Below are positions 1 through 17,614 of a DNA stretch of 64,000 nucleotides, in pieces (position 1 is the first letter of the stretch; every line of letters begins with the position of its first letter). The DNA is taken from NCBI RefSeq assembly GCF_009914755.1, contig NC_060930.1. One strand, 5' to 3'. A program made the translations under genes and the position numbers. The stretch is from the human T2T-CHM13v2.0 reference genome, Homo sapiens. The notes below the pieces were generated by a model, which worked only from the letters and a program-made list of their open reading frames with translations, was not told where the DNA came from and ran no database searches.

Positions 1-89
1 AACTAGTGAACATTTTTCTCCATATCTATTAGGACACCTTTCTTTAGAATTTACCTGTGAGACAGGAAGCAAGGACATGAATATCTTAC

Positions 90-213
90 CAAGTGTTTTC
101 TGGATATCATTCTTGGCTGGAAGTAAAGATCCCCTGGCATCTAAAAGCACTTCAGCCGTTTTCTTCAGTTTCTCTACAGCAACCTGCTGACTTGATATCT
201 GTCCTTGCAAAGC
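90..213 (-). CDS. DST: DST spectrin-repeat exon (ALQGQISS...IQKTL)
   Basis: CTACAG| acceptor, |GTAAGA donor, 124 nt, in frame with the 13458 exon across a 13.2-kb intron. Confidence 0.92.
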
Positions 214-1361
214 CTGTAGGATTAAACGCTTTTCAATTATACTCAGCAGGACTAAATAATAGATTTCTAATGTGGAAAAAATGATTTCTAATAAGATAAA
301 GTAAAATTGGACAGAATAAACTTTTCATCATACCAACTTTCATCATCAACTTACTCCAGAGTTCTTCGAATAAGGCCAGTTATAAAGCAGCATTAGCAAA
401 AGCATCAGCCAGTCTGGATAACACAAATTAAGTTTTGAAATAAACCTTTGAGCATATGTTCATAATAATTTCCCTGGTTCCTGATCATACAACCCTCTAA
501 CTTTATACCCTTAACCCCTACTTCTAGGCTTTGTACAATACCCCAACTACTACTAAAACAAACAACAACCAAAATTTGAGACCACTTCTGACTCCAGGAA
601 AGGAGATAAATAAGCTCGCCCAAATCAGTAGATCCTGACTCAATACTGAGTCATGTTTATTTCTGTTAATTCAATAAAAGTTACTGAACATCTAACAAAT
701 TCAAAAAGCCTTGCTACATTTTGTGAATATACAAAAATAAAAACAGACACAAAGCTTACTTTCAGGGATTTTATGGTTCGAGGCAGGAAGTGGTAAGTGC
801 CACAGGTGAGTCTGAAAAAATGCTGCTGGAAGTTAACAGGAAAAAAATGGGAGGGAAATGAGGGCCACCTCAATGGTAATGACACTGAGATGGCTCCTTA
901 AGAAAGTGTGGATTTGGGAGAACCACTCCCTGCAGAACAAACAGAAGACACAAAGATGAGGACAGAAGAATCACAGGAGAAGGGGAGAGTCCCATCCAGT
1001 TTGACAATGCTTATGGGTGAGTAAATAGAAATAGGCCTGGAAAGGCTTCAAACATCAGGCTAAGGAGTTTACATTTTATCCCATAGCAATGGGGAGTTAT
1101 GCAGGGCTTTTGGGTAAGGGGTTGAGATGCTCAGGGCTGTCCTATAGGAAGGCTAAATTTGTAGCACTGCATGGGAAAAGTCCAATGGAAACGAAATAAA
1201 GGAGAGATACCAGCTGGGGACAACTTCAGCAGTAACAAAGCAGTGAGGACTACTGAAGGCCAAGGGCTGAAGACAATTCCACCGTTCGGTCTGTTTGGAC
1301 TGAGAAGGTGGAATTAGTTAGAGTTGGGAAGAGTCCAAAGGACTTGGTAACACTATGCAAA

Positions 1362-1911
1362 GCTGTGCTGCCACTATGGTAGCTACCAACTACAGGTAGC
1401 TTTTAAAATTTAAATTAATTGAAATTTTAAACAATTAAAAATTCCATTCCTTGGTTACAGTAGCCACATTTCAAGTGCTAAGTAGTCACTGTGGCTAGTG
1501 GCTACCAATTGAACAGAGCAAAATATAAGTAAAGTATTTCCAGCTGGTGCGGTGGCTCACTTGTAATCCCAACGCTTTTTGGGAGGCCAACTTGGGAGGA
1601 TCACTTGAGGCCAGGAGTTCAAGACCAGCCTGGGTAATAAAGTGAGACCTTGTCTTTACAAAAAAAAATTAAAAAATTAGCCGGGCACGGTAGTCTGTGC
1701 CTGTAGTCTCAATTACTCAGGAGCTGAGTCAGGAAGACCGCATGAGCCCAGGAATTTGAGGCTGCAGTGGGCTATGATCATGCTACTGTTAATTCCAGCC
1801 TGGGTGACAGAGTGATATTCCTACTTTCTTAAAATAAATAAATAAATAAATAAATAAAAATTTAAAAAAATAAATTTCATAATTACAGAATGTTCTAGTA
1901 GACAGCACTGC
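1362..1911 (-). mobile_element. MER3 (hAT-Charlie) DNA transposon interrupted by an Alu
   Basis: GTAGCCACATTTCAAGTGCT...GTGGCTAGTGGCTACC core; remainder resumes after the Alu at ~1871. Confidence 0.7.
1542..1870 (+). mobile_element. AluJ
   Basis: Dimeric Alu, J-type TTGAGGCCAGGAG, (TAAA)n tail. Confidence 0.9.
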
Positions 1912-1995
1912 TGGAGAGGGCAGGAACAAAGGACAAGAGGAGACAAGAGTAGAAGTGTCCAAAGATTTTGAGCCTAGGTAATTAGCGGAATTTAC

Positions 1996-2310
1996 TTTTT
2001 CTTTTTTTTTTTTTTTTTTGGTTGGGGGGGCAGCGTCTCACTCTGTTGCCCAGGCTGGAGTGCACTGGTACAGTCTTGGCTCACTGAAGCCTTGACCTCA
2101 CAAGCTCAGGTGATCCTCCCACCTGAGCCTCCCAATTAGCTAGAACCACAGGTGCATGCCACCATGCCCAGCTAATTTTTTTGTATTTTTTGTAGAGCCA
2201 GGGTTTTGCCACATTGCACAGGCTGGTCTCAAACTCCTGGGCTCAAGCAATCCTCCCACCTCGGCCGTCCAAAGTGCTGGGATTACAGGAATGAGCCAAG
2301 GCTCCCAGCC
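1996..2310 (-). mobile_element. AluJ
   Basis: Poly(T) then reverse Alu; degenerate TSD aattagcggaattta / aattagtggcattta. Confidence 0.9.
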
Positions 2311-4088
2311 AATTAGTGGCATTTATTAAAAAAAAAAAAAAAAAAAAAAAAAGTGAGAGCAAGCTAAGAGTAAAGGAATGCCTGTTTTGGAATTCATGAT
2401 TTCAAAGTGCTTTTGGGACCCTCCTCCAGAAGGAAACAGCAAAAACTGGAAATGGAAGAGAGTTGGAACCCAAACTGGAAACAGACATAGAGAATTGGAA
2501 GTCAAGATACACAATGTGACTCCTAAACAAGAAAGCACAGGAATGCCAGAGAAGGAGATTCTAAAGAATCATGGAGAATATTTATATATAAGTGATGGGG
2601 AGAGAAGAAAAAAAAGAACACATGTAATTGATGGGGTGGAAATGGGCCCAGAATAACTCTGTCCCCAAAGATTAAAGGAAGAGAGAAGTGGAAAAGGTTA
2701 ACAGTGTCAACTGCTTCGGAAAGGATAATGTAAACTGAAAGACTAATGAGTCCTTGAATTTAATGAGTAGCAGTCCCCGCGTATCTCTGAGTGAACAGAT
2801 GTGGCTCAACAATGGGAAGGAGGAAAAAAAGGTGGAAGCAGGAGCCATAGATACGTCTTCCAGAAGTTTGACCCTGCATTTCTAACAGCTCTTACAGATT
2901 TCTGCAAAAGTGGGCTGCCTGGCCACACAGGCCTATTCCCAGCTTTAATTTATCTTAAGCAACTCATGCTCCTCTTCTACTCCTGCATTTGGATTTCAAA
3001 GCCCCCAATGTCCAGTTGTAGATGTGAACTCATCCTTGGCCATGGGCCTAGCTTTCCAACTGCCTCTTGAGTATTTCCATCTGGATGTATGCAGTCACCT
3101 CCAACTCAAAAAAGCTGAATCTGAACTCATCATCTCATTCTCTGTACCTATACTTTCTCCTGGGGTATATCTAACTACCCAAATAGTCAACCTGAAGTTC
3201 CTCCTAGATTCCATCCTAAGGCTTATTTTCCACATGCAAATCAACCATTTAAAGCTTTTTTTTTCCACACGTGCAAATCAATCAACAATTTTACCTGCTT
3301 AATATTTTTTAAAAGTCAACTTTTGCTCCATATTTCTGGATCATTCCAGGATAATCTCTCTCTTGGATTGTTGAAAAAAGAATCCTAACTGTGTTAGATC
3401 CTGCCTCCAATCACTTCTCTAATATAGCTCCTAATGTGTTCTACCTAAAATATACATCTGACCACATATCACCCCTGATATAGTTTGGATATTTGTCCCC
3501 GCCCAAATCTCACATTGAAATGCAATCCTCAATGTTCAAGGGAGAACCTGGTGGGAGATGATTTCTCATGAATGGTTTACCATCATCATCTTGGTGCTGT
3601 CCTCGACAGTGAGTGAATTCTAGCAAGATCTGGTCATTTAAAAGTATGTAGCACTTCCCCACCTCCCCACCTCTCTCCCTCTCTCTCTCTCTCACTTGCT
3701 TCTGCTTTTGCCATGTCACATGCCTGCTCCTGCTTTGCCTTGCACCATGAGTAAAAGTTCCCTGAGGCTTCCCCAGAAGCTGAGTGATGTCAGTGCCATG
3801 CTTGTAGACCCTGTAGAATCGTGAGCCAACTAAACTTCTTTTCTTTATAAATTACCCAGTCTCAAGTATTTCTTTTCTTTTTTTTTTTTATTAAAGTTTT
3901 AGGGTACGTGTGCACAATGTGCAGGTTAGTTACATATGTATACATGTGCCATGCTGGTGTGCTGCACCCATTAACTCGTCATTTAGCATTAGGTATATCT
4001 CCTAATGCTATCTCTCCCCCCTACCCCCACCCCACAACAGGCCCCAGAGTGTGATGATCCCCGTCCTGTGTCCATGTGTTCTCATTGT

Positions 4089-7862
<3,774 letters not shown>

Positions 7863-8229
7863 AGAACGGGCAGATTGCCTCCTCAAGTGGGTCCCTGACC
7901 CCTGACCCCCGAGCAGCCTAACTGGGAGGCACCCCCCAGTAGGGGCAGACTGACACCTCACACGGCCAGGTACTCCTCTGAGACAAAACTTCCAGAGGAA
8001 TGATCAGACAGCAGCATTCGCGGTTCACGAAAATCCGCTCTTCTGCAGACACCGCTGCTGATACCCAGGCAAACAGGGTCTGGAGTGGACCTCTAGCAAA
8101 CTCCAACAGACCTGCAGCTGAGAGTCCTGTCCGTTACAAGGAAAACTAACAAACAGAAAGGACATCCACACCAAAAACCCATCTGTACATCACCATCATC
8201 AAAGACCAAAAGTAGATAAAACCACAAAG

Positions 8230-9246
8230 ATGGGGAAAAAACAGAGCAGAAAAACTGGAAACTCTAAAAAGTGGAGTGCCTCTCCTCCTCCAAAGGAACA
8301 CAGTTCCTCACCAGCAACGGAACAAAGCTGGACGGAGAATGACTTTGACGAGTTGAGAGAAGAAGGCTTCAGACGATCAAACTACTCCGAGCTACAGGAG
8401 GAAATTCAAACCAAAGGCAAAGAAGTTGAAAACTTTGAAAAAAATTTAGACGAATGTATAACTAGAATAACCAATACAGAGAAGTGCTTAAAGGAGCTGA
8501 TGGAGCTGAAAGCCAAGGCTCGAGAACTACGTGAAGAATGCAGAAGCCTCAGGAGCCGATGCGATCAACTGGAAGAAAGGGTATCAGCGATGGAAGATGA
8601 AACGAATGAAATGAAGCAAGAAGGGAAGTTCAGAGAAAAAAGAATAAAAAGAAACGAACAAAGCCTCCAAGAAATATGGGACTATGTGAAAAGACCAAAT
8701 CTGCATCTGATCAGTGTACCTGAAAGTGATGGGGAGAATGGAACCAAGTTGGAAAACACTCTGCAGGATATTATCCAGGAGAACTTCCCCAATCTAGCAA
8801 GGCAGGCCAACATTCAGATTCAGGAAATACAGAGAATGCCACAAAGATACTCCTCGAGAGGAGCAACTCCAAGACACATAATTGTCAGATTCACCAAAGT
8901 TGAAATGAAGGAAAAAATGTAAAGGGCAGCCAGAGAGAAAGGTCGAGTTACCCACAAAGGGAAGCCCATCAGACTAACAGCAGATCTCTCGGCAGAAACT
9001 CTACAAGCCAGAAGAGAGTGGGGGCCAATATTCAACATTCTTAAAGAAAAGAATTTTCAACCCAGAATTTCATATCCAGCCAAACTAAGCTTCATAAGTG
9101 AAGGAGAAATAAAATACTTTACAGACAAGCCAATGCTGAGAGATTTTGTCACCACCACGCCTGCCCTAAAAGAGCGCCTGAAGGAAGCACTAAACATGGA
9201 AAGGAACAACCGGTACCAGCCACTGCAAAATCACGCCAAAATGTAA
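8230..9246 (+). pseudogene. L1 ORF1 (338-codon span) with premature TAA at 8920-8922
   Basis: MGKKQSRKTG start; natural stop at 9244-9246; 63-nt spacer to ORF2 ATG at 9310. Confidence 0.95.
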
Positions 9247-12200
9247 AGACCATCGAGACTAGGAAGCAACTGCATCAACTAACGAGCAAAATAACCAGCT
9301 AACATCATAATGACAGGATCAAATTCACACATAACAATATTAACTTTAAATGTAAATGGACTAAATGCTCCAATCAAGTATTTCTTTATAGCAACACAAG
9401 AACAGCCAAATAACCCTGTTAAAATCTCTTAGTAGTCTCCCTTGACAAAAAGGCCAAGACTTGAGCATGCTATAGTCTAAAAGGTCCAATGAAATCTATT
9501 CCCTAATTCTACCTTCAATCTCAACTTTCTGTTCCAGAAATGTCTAACACAGCTATTTCTTAGCTATTTATTCATGCTGGACCCAATGTCTTAGAAACTC
9601 TACATACCAACTTTTTCATGCAACCTACCCCCGCCATCCTGAACTTGGCTCTTCTTCACCTTTTAATACTCAGCTGGAAAACCTTCCCTAAGTCTCTCCT
9701 CACTCCTAGCTTTAGTAAGTACTCCTTACAGGAAATCCCATAAATACCCTGTGACTATTATTGGATTTTTCTGTGTCTTCTATCAAACTATAGCCTTCTT
9801 GAGAACTAGGAAGTCATCCCTTTTGGCTTTCTATTACTAGTGCCTAGATCAGTGCTTGACACATAGCAGGCTCCAAAAATTTTTTTCAGGAATAAATCAG
9901 CAACTAAGTAAATAAATGAACATATCAGATGTAAGACCTAAAAAGGTTTTCTTCTATTTCAGCATTATTTATTATCATTACTTAAATGCCTAAAGCTAAT
10001 GGCAAAAATTTCCTCAACTAATCTTCATATCCAAGAAACTGAGATGACATACAGGCAGTCTGTGCATATGTCAAAAGGCCCACCAAACCACGACCAACAT
10101 AGGATCTAGAATACCACAACCTACAGTTGTTTCAAGATGCCAAAGAATCCTCATCAGAGTGGATCTGTTTGAAAAATTCTCCTAGCAGTTTAATTACGGG
10201 AAGTGTAAAAAAAAATCCCTCAAGACATGAACTTTTTACCTGTGACCACACTGAATCTAGACCACAGGGACAGTTTATTCATATAACATGGTTATTTAGG
10301 AGATGAAGTAAGTGAAGGGTACCCTCCGAAAATTTTTTTTAGATTGTGAGTTCACCAAGGGCAGAGACAGGGTTTTAACATCTTTGTGCCTTCATGAAAC
10401 TCAGCATACAAACATTTACTGAATGAATAAATACATCTAAAAGTGATCATGGTTCTATTAGAATATCCAATACCAAAGATGGCCCTGACTACCAGCTTAA
10501 AACTTAGAAGTGCATTATAAAAGAAGCATGTCTTCTTCACCTCTTCTTCTCAAAACATCACATGCCTTTACTCTTGACAATTATATTCAGGAGAGTTAAT
10601 CATTTTTAATTCCTAGCAAGTATCAAGGTCCTAATTTAACAATAATAGTTGTTTATAGTGCTATTTTGGAAAAAAAACTGTTAATTACAGTATTCAAATG
10701 GGTACCTTATATTGTTTTGAATGGATTTCAAGGAAATTAAGACATGAAAGAAGGATCTGTGACAAGAGAATACCTGTTGGGACCAGAAGACAGCGAAGTC
10801 TATACACTTCTGGGCATTTGTACAATTCATAAAAGTTTCCTGACTTAACACCACCCCAAAGATTAGCGCAAGTCTGGAAGGCTGACATTGTCAGTCAATG
10901 CAATCCCCATTGCTGGTTCCACACCCAGGCCTTGAGACTGGTCCCAAAATCCTGTTTTCTGCACCTCTTATGGGGCTAAAATCTTGTTTTATCCACTAAT
11001 TTCCCTGGAAGGGGATCTTGAGGAGTGTTATTATGGCCTAGTAGTATCAGATTGTTGACAACACAGTTCACAGTTCTTTGAATAATAATGCTAATAACAA
11101 CATGCTATTGGCCAAAAGCATTTCAAATGAAATGAACAAATTGGATGCCCCAAAAATTACATTTATGATTCATCAGAATATAAGTAGAAGATAGTATGCT
11201 ACATGTAGAAAGATCGATTTTTTGTAGTAGTCTCATGGGTTTATATTATTGTTAAAAGTAATTGTAAAATGTTAATAAACATCAAAGAAATGGAGGCCAC
11301 CTAATCCTCATAAAAATTTATCCTTGATACATTCTGAAATCTTCTGAGAGAAAAATATGTGCATTATCAGCAACAACTTTAATTGTACATTTAATTTTTC
11401 AAATTACGCTATGACTTAATTAGAATTCATTCTCCTTTGAGATCTCTTTCTTTTTCATATTTCTTTAACTGTCTTAGGACTGTAAGAGTCTTCTGCAGCA
11501 ATTACTAAATAGGTTTTTCCGTTTTAAAATTTATCCACATATCTGTTTAATTAAAAAACCATCACATTCTTTGGGTTTTATTCTTTTTCTGCTCTAGTTA
11601 TATAAAAATTACTTTTATATGCAGTATAATCTGTTTACTAATATAGATCTAACTTAAAATGTGTTATTTCTATTTTATGCATTTTCTATACTTAAAATAA
11701 CTTCCTAATTAAATGTAATATATGCAATCAATAATTATTTTAAATGATACGTATTTCCTACTAAAATAATGACCTTAATGTCACAGTATCTCCTCTACCC
11801 CCACCACATATCTTGTCCTTGAATATACAATACATGGGGATATAAAAACTTAATTAAGATAGATTTGTTCTTGTACCTGTGGAAAGGAGAAAGAAAAAAA
11901 AACAGGACTGAAAATGCACATTGGAAAAAAGGAAGCAACCCTGAGGAGGCTGCATGGATCTGGGGATGCTGACCTGGCCCACATCATCTCCCTAGTGTCC
12001 AGTGAAGGGCTGGATAAACTCTTCAGCCTGGGAAAGAAGCAGTGCCCTCCACCCTCTTGACCTCCCAGCTTGACCTCCTTCCCTGCTCTCATCCTATGCT
12101 TCCCACCCCTTCACGGGCCTTCTCTCTGCCTGATATTAACCTGCCACATTTCACCCGGGTATGACTTAGCTTTCCAGAGTTGTCAATCTCAGGCAATACC

Positions 12201-12962
12201 TAACTTTAAGCTTGCCCAGCAGGGTACCTGTTTCCCGTGCTAACAGCACAATTTTTCGACTCTGTAAATAATATGCAATTAACTTCTGAAAGACAGCTGT
12301 CTAACTGGCAATCCTGTGTTTATTTTCTAGCTGTAGCAGTAATAACCTACTATTATTAACCTGTGAAATGGAATCATATAATAGATTGATGGAATGAAAC
12401 TTTTAAACTCAAAATTATTGGTCACATTAGTTCTCATCCTTTACTTTAGAATTTTAAAATAAGTTTTACATTATAAAAATAGATTTAAGAACTCTCCACC
12501 ACTGTATGACTGAGAATCGCACTGTTATGCAGTTTTGACACCAAGCCTGTATTTCTGAAAGAGCAGGTGGACTTTTTGAGAACTGTATTGAGTAATTATT
12601 CAAGTTTGTATCTCTATGAATCATGAAGATATTCAGTAAGAACCCTAATCCTGGTCCTTAGAACCGCTGAATATGATGGTAGCATCCCTTCTTCCCTTCC
12701 AACTGTCCATTCCTTAACAAATATTTATTGAGTACCAACTTTGGGCCAGGTAATATTCTAGGTGCTGTGAATACAGCAATGAATAAAGCAGACAAAGACA
12801 CGTGTTCTTGTGGAGCTTAATTCTAATGGAGGAAAAAACAGTGAACAAGATAAGTAAGTATAAAGATAAATAAGTGGCCAGGAAAATACTGAGTTTTGTT
12901 TGGGGATGGAGGGGCACGTCACAAGCCATAACAGCAATGTCAAACCTGTTAAGAAAACATCA

Positions 12963-13316
<354 letters not shown>

Positions 13317-13457
13317 TCAAAACTACCTCTGGAGGCAGAAGTATACTTTTCACATCATTTGTTCCCCTCTCTTAGCTGAAACTATCACAAAAGTGTGAGA
13401 AATTGGAAGCCTTTCAGTAAGACTACTGGAAATGTGGATCTTTCTCTCGCTTTTTAC

Positions 13458-13634
13458 CTTGGTCTCTTCTAATTGCCTTTGAAGATTTTTGGGGTCCACC
13501 GCAATAGGTTCAGATAAGTGTTTGCTCGCTGTGGCCTCACAGGCCTGGAGTCCAGCAAGAAGTCCACATGAAGCATCTTCATAGTGTTGATATTTATCCA
13601 CCAGATCTTTAAGATTATTTCCAAGAACATTGCA
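13458..13634 (-). CDS. DST: DST spectrin-repeat exon (CNVLGNNL...LEETK)
   Basis: GTTAG| acceptor, |GTAAA donor, 177 nt. Confidence 0.93.
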
Positions 13635-14363
13635 CTAACAATCAAAAGAGAAAAGGGGTAGGAGATTAAAACCCACTATTTTCATATGCATCAAATAATC
13701 TTAGGACCTATAAAATATGTAACTTGGAAAAAAAACCAGACTTCCACCAAAGTTAATAAAAACTCTGTTGGGCTAAGATTTCCTCCTTTATATGAAGAGG
13801 TACCCTATAAGAAGCCAAAAAGTAACCATAAAATAAAGAGATAGTTCTGGATTTATACCAATTCAAAAACATATTTACAAGAGCTGAGTCTTAACATAGA
13901 ATAAAAGATAAAGACATCAATCATCAGAGGAAGGAGATTTTGATACACCATGTGTATAGATATCGATTTGATGGAAGGGTTTTAAAGGTGCTTAATAAAT
14001 TTCTATATGTTGCACAAGTTAATTAACAAAAGGAAGACAAAGAGTCTATATTAGAATGGAGCAAAGTCCAAGAGCCAGTGATGGTCTTTAAATCATTTAT
14101 GCAACTTGGCAAGTCTGTTCAGATTATATTACAAACCAGTAAATATTTTCTTAGATTTTTTTTTTTCAAAAAAAACCTTTTACTTGACCACAGAAGTAAA
14201 ACAAGCAAAACAGTCTTTTATTCATTAAGTATTAAAATAACATACTGATCAAATATACAAGACAAACACCTGCAGTGTTTGTGAAGAGGATAATCTGAGA
14301 TGAAACCAGTTCCCAAGCTTGAGAGGCTGCAAGCATCTGTTTTTGCTTAGAGTCAATGCACAA

Positions 14364-14380
14364 CCGCCATCTTGTGGTCA
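14364..14380 (-). promoter_or_regulatory. Overlapping CTCF-like / YY1 motif (TGACCACAAGATGGCGG)
   Basis: One mismatch to the CTCF core; contains the YY1 consensus CAAGATGGCGG. Confidence 0.45.
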
Positions 14381-14509
14381 CACTGGATATTAGAGCATTT
14401 GAGAGCTGGGACTTCTGGAAATCATGCTCTCAAAAACTAAAGTAACTTTAAGTTTCTCATATTTAAATACATTGTTCAGAAGTAAAGCAGGTGAATAAGA
14501 TAGAGAGAA

Positions 14510-14861
<352 letters not shown>

Positions 14862-14949
14862 TTAGGTTTCTTGCCTCTTGTTCCAAAACTATAATTGAAA
14901 ACTATAATTGCAGATTGACTTTTCCCTTAAAAAATCAAAATAACATTAC

Positions 14950-15480
14950 CTTAGAGTAGAGAGACCTGAACCGATCAGTAGCATGATCCAACTTGCGCTG
15001 CACTTCTCTGTGGGTTGCAGAAGTATCAACCTTGCCACCGTCTCTCTTGCTGCAAGATTTGGCAGCTTCCAACACTCTGTTTCCAGAAATTGTGATGTAT
15101 CTCAAGTCACCTTTGTGAGAAATAACGTCTTCTGAGAAACTCTTCTGCCTCTTCAATTTGGTCATTAAACCATTGATGTCATCTGCACCTGCCTCCAGGT
15201 TTTCAAGTTCTTGTTCTGACTGCTGTAGCCAGTGCTCAAACTCGGTATAGTCAGCATCAAACTTTTCTAATTCTTCCTGCAGAGAGTGAGTTAACTTCAT
15301 TTTCTTCTCTGACTCAGCCAGTGCAGTTTCATAATGCACTTTCAGTTCCTTCATGTTCTTTTGCAGTTTCTCTTTTTCTTCAGGAGAGAGATACTGACCC
15401 TGTTTCTCAAGCAACACTTGTGCAGACTGAGTGGCTATGATCACTGCTTGGTGCTGAGAGATGATCTTCTCGTGTTGGGC
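14950..15480 (-). CDS. DST: DST spectrin-repeat exon (AQHEKIIS...SLYSK)
   Basis: CATAG| acceptor, |GTAATG donor, 531 nt; FEHWL spectrin-repeat helix A. Confidence 0.94.
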
Positions 15481-16639
15481 CTATGTGAAAACAAATTGAT
15501 CATAATCTTCAAGCAGTAACGGGGTAACACCTGCAGGGAGCTCCTTGCCGCCTCAAGACTGACAGGTTTCAATGATCTACAGGGCTACAACTTGCTTCTC
15601 ATTCCCCTTTTCAAGCTATACCGTACTCCCTTTTATTGGTGGATTTCAGAATAACAAGGCATTTTGAGCATGCTAATCTTATTTTAAAGAAAATTTCCAA
15701 TCTTCTCTATGTACTTAATCAGATAGGACAGACACCATTTTTCAGAAGTTTAGAAAAACCAATTTCTATTCCAATTTTAAAATAAGTGTCTATAATCTGA
15801 TCTCATTTTATTCCCTGCTTTCTCACAACTACCCAAAAAAGAATGTCTTTACCTAATTTTTGGACAAACAAGTATAATATTTTTTATTACGAAATGATCC
15901 TGGAAAAACTTTTAAATAGGGAAAAAGAATCTGTAACTTTAAGCTTTAAAAAGGTTTCAAAAATAACTAAGCAAGAACACTGTACATTCAGAGAAGCCCA
16001 ATGGACATTAGAGAAGCAGATATAATAAAAGAGAATCCTGGAGCTACTCAGCTTCACTGGGCCTCAGTTTCCTGCATGTGAAAATGGAGACAATAACTCC
16101 TACACATCACAGGTTGCTGTTAAGGAGTACATGAGATCACATATGTAGAGCACTTCCTGCAGAGCTGGGCATGTGCCAGAAATTCAAATCCACTCTGAAG
16201 GCAGGAAGGCAGGGCTCCCAGGCAGGTGTGCTGCAGGCAAGTCACAGGTGTGCAGAGCTACTGATCCCCTCAGTCTTCAGGGAAGCAGGGAGGCATCAGG
16301 TAGGTGAAGTCCCTTTCCCTCCAGCCATAAGCATCTTCTTCCATTCACCCCAATTTGCCATACAAGTGTGGCAAAAAGGATACTAATCCTTCTGGGCAAT
16401 TTCCCACATTTCTTATAATGGCTTACATGGAGCCAAATGACCCGCTCCCATTACCCCAGAGCCCCTTTTATTACCTCCAGATTCTTTGCTGCTCCCACCC
16501 TTACCTCCATCCCCACCCTGGTAAACACTTTAGGAGCTTTTTCTCCTGTTGTTGTCTAGTTACAGCTCTTTCATCAGATATCTGCTTGGCTAATTGCACC
16601 CATCTCCATTGAGTCCCGTTTAAATGCTGAAAACTGGTC

Positions 16640-16840
16640 CCCCACCCCACACTCAACCACCCTTACCTAACTCCTTTTCTCCCTTAGTACTCACTGCCTT
16701 CTAACCTACCATATAACTTAGTTATTGTCTACTGTAACATTCTCACTAACTAGTGTGCAAGGGGGGCACAGGGAATTTATTTTGCTCACTGTGTAATCCC
16801 AAGTACTTAGAACAGTGCTGGCACACAGGAGCTGAGTAAG
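16640..16840 (+). mobile_element. L2 3' end fragment
   Basis: TTTTGCTCACTGTGTAATCCCAAGTACTTAGAACAGTGCTGGCACA. Confidence 0.5.
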
Positions 16841-16975
16841 AATAACTCTATGCTGTGAAAAGGACTTCCTTAGAAGCACTGCTATGGGGCAGCCGTTCAC
16901 TTGTAAGTCTGATCCCAATTAGTCAGCTCAGAACTGGCTCATTAACACTGGTATCCTCACTGTCTATAACAGTGC

Positions 16976-16989
16976 CCGCCACCTAGTGG
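16976..16989 (-). promoter_or_regulatory. CTCF core motif (CCACTAGGTGGCGG)
   Basis: Exact match to CCASYAGRKGGCRS; binding not shown. Confidence 0.55.
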
Positions 16990-17226
16990 GCACATAGTAA
17001 ATATTTTTAACTAACTTCTTTCCCACAGACTTGTGTTTTTGGTATTTGAAATACATTCATATGCTACCCCCACCCCACCCCGAGAAGGGCTTTGCACAAA
17101 ATAGCATGGACAGACATATGCAACACCATATAAATGATCAGATCCATCCCCTTCCTCCTACAGATGAGGACTCTTAGGCTGAAGGAAGAGAATGGCTTGG
17201 CCCAGGACATATGGGACAACTACTGA

Positions 17227-17614
<388 letters not shown>

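Noticed and set aside
2328-2352. A25 tract next to the AluJ TSD as a separate retroposed tail
   Set aside because: No element body or TSD of its own; likely mononucleotide expansion
10740-10960. Possible exon ending at CAG|GTATTC (10774) and a TGACA-T-TGTCA palindrome
   Set aside because: No polypyrimidine-backed acceptor, and the flanking exons already join in frame; the motif is too short to support a call
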